Source: a virus (lineage: Duplodnaviria > Caudoviricetes). Taken from it: a stretch of DNA of 39,835 nucleotides. The translations under genes and the position numbers were made by a program. The DNA is taken from the IMG/VR virus record IMGVR_UViG_3300047090_000046, positions 1 to 39,835 of that record; one strand, 5' to 3'. Positions 35,171 to 39,835 of the stretch are shown here, piece by piece (within the stretch, counting starts at the first letter, position 1; every line of letters begins with the position of its first letter). A model generated the notes under the pieces. That model made no database searches and was not told the origin of the DNA. It saw only the letters and a program-made list of their open reading frames with translations.

Positions 35171-35337
35171 CTGAGTCGCGGGAGAATGTTCGGCGCCGGC
35201 AGTTCCGGGACCAGGCGAAACCAGCGCCCACCGACGCCGCGACACCACTCACCCGGCTATGCATCATCGTGGGGTGTTTGCGGTTGCGGGTCGGGTCGAA
35301 CCTATGCCGGGTGCATGACGCGGAAACCTCCCGATAA
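35167..35337 (+). CDS. Small Cys/His-containing protein
   Basis: GTGA overlap; CIIVGC…LCRVH. Confidence 0.55.
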   Translation: MTESRENVRRRQFRDQAKPAPTDAATPLTRLCIIVGCLRLRVGSNLCRVHDAETSR

Positions 35338-35338
35338 G

Positions 35339-35374
35339 TTGCCCAACAACGTCACGTGCCGTAACATGATTCGC
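35339..35374 (+). promoter_or_regulatory. SigA-type leaderless promoter with operator copy
   Basis: TTGCCC-17 bp-TAACAT-7 nt-ATG 35375; operator CGTCACGTGCCGTAACA. Confidence 0.78.
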
Positions 35375-35542
35375 ATGTCGACTTGGTGGGAAAACGCAGA
35401 ACAAGGCAGGGCCGCACGGTACGAGGACCCGCGGGACTACATCGACCACCCGACCCGCGCGGAATGCGAAGCCGACGAACGCGAGCTAGCCGCGATGCGG
35501 AAAGCTCAACCCAACCAGGCCGGCGACCTGCCGCCCTGGTAA
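35375..35542 (+). CDS. Hypothetical protein (55 aa)
   Basis: ATG at leaderless position. Confidence 0.62.
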   Translation: MSTWWENAEQGRAARYEDPRDYIDHPTRAECEADERELAAMRKAQPNQAGDLPPW

Positions 35543-35564
35543 CCAACCGAACGGAGCACATCGA

Positions 35565-35996
35565 ATGCGCAAGCTCAGGACAGCACTACTCGCGGCCACG
35601 CTGGCAGCGTCCGCGCTGATCGCCCCGATCGTCGCGGCACCGGCCGCTCAAGCTGCCGACGTCGGGCTGATCACGATCTACCACGACCACAACGACATCG
35701 GGTTTCTGTACAACTGGGGAGTCACAGGGGGCTGCGCCAACGGGCGGCAGATCGTGGCATACATCCTGACGTATGAGATCCAACGGGCGAGTTCGATCCG
35801 GTTCCTCGCCGGCGGGCTCGAGAACCAGCAATGCAACTACCTCAGTGTCAGATCACATTCTGACGGGTGGAACTATCAGCGGCAGTGTGTGCGGTCGGTC
35901 CGGGATAGCTTCAACTTCGATGCTCAGCACAACGACAACAGCGATGCATGGGTGTTGTCGTACAACCCCGCGTGTCTCTGGTACTTCACAGCGTGA
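35565..35996 (+). CDS. Secreted protein, possibly beta/gamma-crystallin-like
   Basis: Clear Sec signal (MRKLR…AAQA); four Cys; TIY…ASSIR and HNDNSD motifs. Confidence 0.68.
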   Translation: MRKLRTALLAATLAASALIAPIVAAPAAQAADVGLITIYHDHNDIGFLYNWGVTGGCANGRQIVAYILTYEIQRASSIRFLAGGLENQQCNYLSVRSHSDGWNYQRQCVRSVRDSFNFDAQHNDNSDAWVLSYNPACLWYFTA

Positions 35997-36421
35997 AGCT
36001 GACCGCGGAGGACAGGGACGTCGTCATCGGCCGTGACGGCGGGTTGTGCGTGGCGTGCGGTTCCCGGTTCGAGGAGATCCATCACCGGTACCGCCGCGGC
36101 ATGGGCGGATCGAGTGACCCTGAGATCAATTCTCCCGCGAATCTGCTGTGTCTGTGCTCGATCCATCACAGGCAGGCGGAAAGCCAGCGAGCGACGTACT
36201 CCGCTGTGCTGGGGTACTGCGTGCCGACACTTGCCGCGGCGTTCCTGACCCCGGTGCGGTCGTGGCAATGGTGGGAGCTGCTACTAGCGGGCGGGACGGT
36301 GTTGCCGTTGGCGCGGCCGGATCGGTGGTCGTCGGTGGATGATGCCCGCGGGTTCTGTTACGCGAATGGGTTGTTACCCGTCGATTTCAGCTTGACAACC
36401 ATGTCACGGCACGTAATCTAG
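35993..36421 (+). CDS. HNH endonuclease
   Basis: RDGGLCVACG…IHHR..RGMGG…NLLCLCSIHH. Confidence 0.85.
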   Translation: MKLTAEDRDVVIGRDGGLCVACGSRFEEIHHRYRRGMGGSSDPEINSPANLLCLCSIHHRQAESQRATYSAVLGYCVPTLAAAFLTPVRSWQWWELLLAGGTVLPLARPDRWSSVDDARGFCYANGLLPVDFSLTTMSRHVI

Positions 36422-36425
36422 TCAC
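36392..36425 (+). promoter_or_regulatory. SigA-type leaderless promoter with operator copy
   Basis: TTGACA-16 bp-TAATCT-6 nt-ATG 36426; operator TGTCACGGCACGTAAT. Confidence 0.78.
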
Positions 36426-36560
36426 ATGAATCCCACACACACAGAGCAGTACCCGCCGATCAGCGAACGCGCCGCCGGGTGGCTAATCGCGGCGGTGATC
36501 CTCGTCGACTGCCTGATCATGGCCGCGGTCGTGCTGGCCGTCGTGCGGATCTTCGGATGA
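36426..36560 (+). CDS. 44-aa single-TM membrane protein (absent from ORF track)
   Basis: MNPTHTEQYPPISERAAGWLIAAVILVDCLIMAAVVLAVVRIFG; ATGA-coupled to whiB. Confidence 0.65.
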   Translation: MNPTHTEQYPPISERAAGWLIAAVILVDCLIMAAVVLAVVRIFG

Positions 36561-36775
36561 CGCTCTGCGAATCGTGGCCGGAACTCTGGTTCGACGCAGA
36601 CCCCGACGAAGCCGTAGCGGCGTGCTGCAGGTGCCCGCTGATCGTTCCCTGCGGCAAGACAGCGATGGAACGGGAAGGCACCGAAACCGAGCAGTACAGG
36701 TTCGGTGTATGGGGAGGGTTGACACCTGAGCAACGCGCCACCCTAGCGGCGCATGACCGAAGGCTTCACCAGTAG
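36557..36775 (+). CDS. whiB: WhiB-family transcription factor
   Basis: C…PELWF…CCRCPL..PC and GVWGGLTPEQR motifs. Confidence 0.92.
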   Translation: MTLCESWPELWFDADPDEAVAACCRCPLIVPCGKTAMEREGTETEQYRFGVWGGLTPEQRATLAAHDRRLHQ

Positions 36776-36861
36776 CGCGGGCACGGGTGGCGGCCGGAAC
36801 ACTACACACCACCCGTGTCCGATCACATTGCGGCACAACAACTATCGGAGGCAAACGAATT

Positions 36862-37263
36862 ATGGGAGAGATCGACCGGGTGAGGCAAGCGCTCTATCGC
36901 CTGATGTTCACCCCAACGGAAGCGCAGCAACTGCACGCCATCATCGAAGCGCGAACAATCCCGGACACCACCAACACCGGCGGTCCTACGGTCGCTCAAG
37001 CGGTCGAAGCGGTCGAGCAGGCAGCGTACGAAGTCCACGACCCCGGCACCCCAGACCACGGGCTACGAATAGTGCATGTCATCGACGAATACGGGCGCGG
37101 GTCCGACTGGGAACTCGACCAGGTCCTACGAACGATCCGGGTCGCTGGCCGCGCCCGGTTGCGGTGGAACGTCCGCACAGACCGGCACCGGCTCACCATC
37201 GACCGCGGCTACGCAGGAATCATGCACGTCGACACCACGAACATTGGAGCGATGACCAGATGA
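36862..37263 (+). CDS. Hypothetical protein
   Basis: GGAGG RBS before ATG 36862. Confidence 0.65.
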   Translation: MGEIDRVRQALYRLMFTPTEAQQLHAIIEARTIPDTTNTGGPTVAQAVEAVEQAAYEVHDPGTPDHGLRIVHVIDEYGRGSDWELDQVLRTIRVAGRARLRWNVRTDRHRLTIDRGYAGIMHVDTTNIGAMTR

Positions 37264-37502
37264 GACGCACGCTAGTCATCACAGCGACTGTCGCTCTGGC
37301 TACGCTCGCCGGGTGCGGTACCGATGGAACGACACCCCAACCCCAATCGGATGGCACGGTCAATTCGAGCGTGAAGATCGCGGATAACGGCTCCTACGGG
37401 ACGTACCTCGACAAACACACATTCGACGGCCGCACAGTCACATGCCTGATAGTCCGAACCAAGCAGACAACGTCGATCACCTGCGATTGGACCGCAAAAT
37501 GA
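37260..37502 (+). CDS. Putative lipoprotein
   Basis: MRRTLVITATVALATLAGC lipobox; C-terminal VTC…ITCDW. Confidence 0.72.
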   Translation: MRRTLVITATVALATLAGCGTDGTTPQPQSDGTVNSSVKIADNGSYGTYLDKHTFDGRTVTCLIVRTKQTTSITCDWTAK

Positions 37503-38173
37503 CACCGAAGATCACACTCTCGCTGATGGTCACGAACGCGGAAGAGCTCGCGACGATGCTCGCGCTACTGCGACACGAAACGGACCGGACATCGTTCGCG
37601 GACAGCGACGCGATCAAACACGCCCGCGCTGAACGGGACGAGGCGATGGCGAACGCAACCGGGTGGCAACGCGCCAGCGAGCGACGGAACGAGGATTACG
37701 TCACCCTGGCGCAGCACGCGGAATCCCTCGCGCAGCAACTCGAAGCGGCGCGCCACGAGGTCAACGCAGTCCGGGCGTCAGCCAAGCAACTACAGAACGA
37801 GCGCGACGACCTAGCGGAACAGCTCGAGAAAGCGCAGCGGACGATCAAGCGGCAGGCTGAGCAGATGTCCGCCAAGCTCGAAGCGCTCACCCGGCAAAGC
37901 GACGCCTACCGCGGGGAACGCGACGACCTGTCAGCGCTACTCGAATGGATCCACCCCGACGAGGACCCACACGACCACCTAGACACCGACCAATGCCGCT
38001 CAACCAAACGACGCGAATGGACAGGACCACTCGGCAACCAACAATGGTCAGTCACCTACTGCGCCGGCAGGCAAGGACACCCCGGCGCACACACAGGCGG
38101 ACCAGCAGGGCAACGTGAAACGTGGTCCGCAGACGATGACCAGCGCGACGCGATCATTCACCACCAGGTCTGA
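37499..38173 (+). CDS. Coiled-coil protein with C-terminal Cys/His motif
   Basis: Long heptad region; C…CAGRQGHPGAH. Confidence 0.68.
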   Translation: MTPKITLSLMVTNAEELATMLALLRHETDRTSFADSDAIKHARAERDEAMANATGWQRASERRNEDYVTLAQHAESLAQQLEAARHEVNAVRASAKQLQNERDDLAEQLEKAQRTIKRQAEQMSAKLEALTRQSDAYRGERDDLSALLEWIHPDEDPHDHLDTDQCRSTKRREWTGPLGNQQWSVTYCAGRQGHPGAHTGGPAGQRETWSADDDQRDAIIHHQV

Positions 38174-38198
38174 CGTAGACGAATGGGACGCTAGACGT

Positions 38199-38687
38199 AT
38201 GGCGAAGGGCGCAGCGGCGGCATCATCCCCCCGCAGGATCACCGCAGCTCAGCGGCAAGTCAGGGCAGTTGAGCTGCGGGTCCGCGGGTTCACCCTCGAT
38301 CAGATCGCGAAAGAGCTCGGGTATCGAACGAGGCAGGGCGCGCTCGTCGCGATCGAAGCGCAGTTGGCGAAACGTGAGCGGCCGGCGGCGGAAGCCTTAG
38401 CGAAGGTTCACCTTGAACGGCTCGAACTGATGGTGAAACCGGTGATGGACAAGGTCGCTGCGCACCTCGACGGGCGGACAACGCTCAGCGTGAAACAGGT
38501 CAACGCGCTGACCCTGGCGTTGACCCGAAATTTGGCGGCGCAGGCGAAGTACGTGGATGTGTACGCGGAAGGTCAGGGGTTGGGTCCGATCGCTTCCCTG
38601 CTGGACCGGTTGCTCAGCTCGGCGCCGGATGGTGTCGACCCTGATGATCCGATGACGATCCCTGTCGACCTACCCGACGATCTGTAA
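38199..38687 (+). CDS. Probable terminase small subunit (HTH)
   Basis: RQVRAVELRVRGFTLDQIAKELGY…HLERLE pattern of actinophage TerS-like proteins; about 1 kb upstream of terL on the circle. Confidence 0.68.
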   Translation: MAKGAAAASSPRRITAAQRQVRAVELRVRGFTLDQIAKELGYRTRQGALVAIEAQLAKRERPAAEALAKVHLERLELMVKPVMDKVAAHLDGRTTLSVKQVNALTLALTRNLAAQAKYVDVYAEGQGLGPIASLLDRLLSSAPDGVDPDDPMTIPVDLPDDL

Positions 38688-38716
38688 CAGTTCGGCGGAC
38701 CAACTGTTACAGTTCG
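38682..38716. promoter_or_regulatory. Paired repeats over the promoter of the RHH gene
   Basis: CTGTAACAGTT(38682)/AACTGTTACAG(38702) inverted repeat; TACAGT -10 at 38708, 6 nt before ATG 38720. Confidence 0.62.
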
Positions 38717-38719
38717 CGG

Positions 38720-38950
38720 ATGCCTCGAGGTAACCCCACAACCGTGATCCGACTGCCGTCCGATCTGCTGGATCGGATCGACGTCGATGCGGAGCGACAG
38801 CACAAAGCGGGCGGCCGGGTGCAGTGGTTGACGGAGCTAGCAGAGGCCGCGCTATCCGGCCGGCTGGTCCCGGTAGCCAAGCCATCGACAGCGGCTCGGC
38901 CGTTGGTTGATCGGACGTTCAAGCCTCACCCGAAACCAGGAGCGAAATGA
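38720..38950 (+). CDS. Ribbon-helix-helix (Arc/CopG-like) DNA-binding protein
   Basis: TTVIRLPSDLLDRID..A…GRVQWLTELAEAAL. Confidence 0.7.
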   Translation: MPRGNPTTVIRLPSDLLDRIDVDAERQHKAGGRVQWLTELAEAALSGRLVPVAKPSTAARPLVDRTFKPHPKPGAK

Positions 38951-39210
38951 CTCACCCGATTGACGATGACCCGATGACGGACCAGCGGAAGGCTGCCATC
39001 GCGAACGCGACCCGGGCGCAGCAGAACTGCAATGAGCTGATTCGCGACATGGTCGACTCTGATCTACCGACCCCGGAGCTGATGTACCGGATAGCGCTGA
39101 TGATGGCGCAGACAGCGCAGGTGTTCGCGACGCTCGACCTTGCGGACGCGACCAGGGAACAGACCGCTGCGCTCGAGGCGATCGACGAAGGCCGGAGGCT
39201 CGGCCGATGA
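38947..39210 (+). CDS. Hypothetical protein
   Basis: AGGAG RBS, ATGA overlap. Confidence 0.65.
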   Translation: MTHPIDDDPMTDQRKAAIANATRAQQNCNELIRDMVDSDLPTPELMYRIALMMAQTAQVFATLDLADATREQTAALEAIDEGRRLGR

Positions 39211-39299
39211 TCGACCAGTTGCGCCGGCAGGGGATGAGCAAGACGAAGGCAGCGAAGATCAGCAACGCGCAAGCCCGGAAAGGGAAGCGTAAGAAATGA
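39207..39299 (+). CDS. 30-aa basic peptide (LRRQGMSKTKAAKISNA; absent from ORF track)
   Basis: GGAGG RBS, ATGA overlap; resembles a recurrent LRxxGMSKxKAARIxN motif. Confidence 0.62.
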   Translation: MIDQLRRQGMSKTKAAKISNAQARKGKRKK

Positions 39300-39375
39300 G
39301 GCCGGGTCGCTCGCCTCGACCTGCCGGGCGGCCAACTACGGCTATCGCAGGCGAGCACCCCTACACAATGTGTGC

Positions 39376-39573
39376 ATGCCGTCCCGCTACGCTGACCCGT
39401 CGTTCTGGGTGAAAGCCTGCGACGACGCTTGGGCGGCCGCAGCGAAGGCGTTCGTCGCCAGCATCGGCGCCAAGGCGGTCGGGCTGACCGATGTGCCGTG
39501 GCCGGTGGCGCTGAACATCGCAGCGCTGGCAGCGCTCGTGTCCATGCTGACCAGCATCGCCCGGGCCCGCTGA
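39376..39573 (+). CDS. r1t-type holin
   Basis: FW…A.KAF…G…LTDVPW..AL..AALAALVSMLTSIA matches the r1t holin pattern. Confidence 0.72.
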   Translation: MPSRYADPSFWVKACDDAWAAAAKAFVASIGAKAVGLTDVPWPVALNIAALAALVSMLTSIARAR

Positions 39574-39671
39574 TGGAACGCTGCGAAGTGATCGTGCTGC
39601 GGTACGGCCGATGCGTCCGACCAGCCGGCCACTGGTCTGACCGGTGGCTCAAAGCTAAAGGGCTGCGCTGA
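39573..39671 (+). CDS. 32-aa hypothetical peptide coupled to terL
   Basis: TGATG overlaps at both ends; C…CVRPAGH. Confidence 0.5.
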   Translation: MERCEVIVLRYGRCVRPAGHWSDRWLKAKGLR

Positions 39672-39835
39672 TGGCGCTATCCGGCAAACAGTGGGCATCG
39701 ATCCGGCACGCGACCGGAGTCGTCAACCTATGGGACGGCGCGATCCGATCAGGGAAAACCACGGCCGCCAACCTGGCGTGGCTGAACTACGTACGGACCG
39801 CGCCACCCGGGCACCTGGCCATCATCGGCAAAACA
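39671..39835 (+). CDS. terL: Terminase large subunit, N-terminal part (continues at window start)
   Basis: MALSGKQWASIRHATGVVNLWDGAIRSGKT. Confidence 0.9.
   Translation, partial: MALSGKQWASIRHATGVVNLWDGAIRSGKTTAANLAWLNYVRTAPPGHLAIIGKT
39709..39834. repeat. Terminal direct repeat, right copy
   Basis: Identical to 1-126. Confidence 0.95.

Noticed and set aside
38852-39652. 266-aa minus-strand ORF
   Set aside because: Overlaps several well-coupled plus-strand genes; R/S/P-rich shadow composition.
39709-39835. Terminal repeat as a biological phage DTR
   Set aside because: Length of 126-127 matches a typical assembler k-mer overlap and it falls inside terL; treated as a circularisation artefact.

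Overview
The window is an apparently complete, circularly permuted genome of a high-GC siphophage of Actinomycetota. The unit length is about 39,708 bp: positions 39709-39834 repeat 1-126 and split terL. Gene order is TerL, portal, minor capsid, scaffold, major capsid, head-tail connectors, major tail, tail chaperones (-1 frameshift), tape measure, minor tail genes, membrane/holin genes, a 3-gene minus-strand insert, endolysin, an 8-kb second fibre/appendage module, an early region (XRE HTH, ERF annealase, beta-clamp/FtsK-gamma-like protein, replication initiator with iterons, DNA methylase, RusA, HNH, WhiB), and then TerS, an RHH protein and an r1t-type holin. No integrase, parAB, tRNA or CRISPR was seen. 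Main observations: (1) The endolysin gene ends in an in-frame G_GGA_AAA slippery site followed 6 nt later by a stem-loop; a -1 shift would append a lysozyme-like domain that lacks a good start of its own, and an internal SD+ATG could raise the output to four products. (2) At least seven dispersed, mostly leaderless promoters carry the same quasi-palindromic operator. (3) The 20-aa-repeat fibre gene probably starts at ATT. (4) A 134-nt intergenic region after the head genes looks like a structured RNA. All functional calls come from motif recognition by eye; no database search was run.
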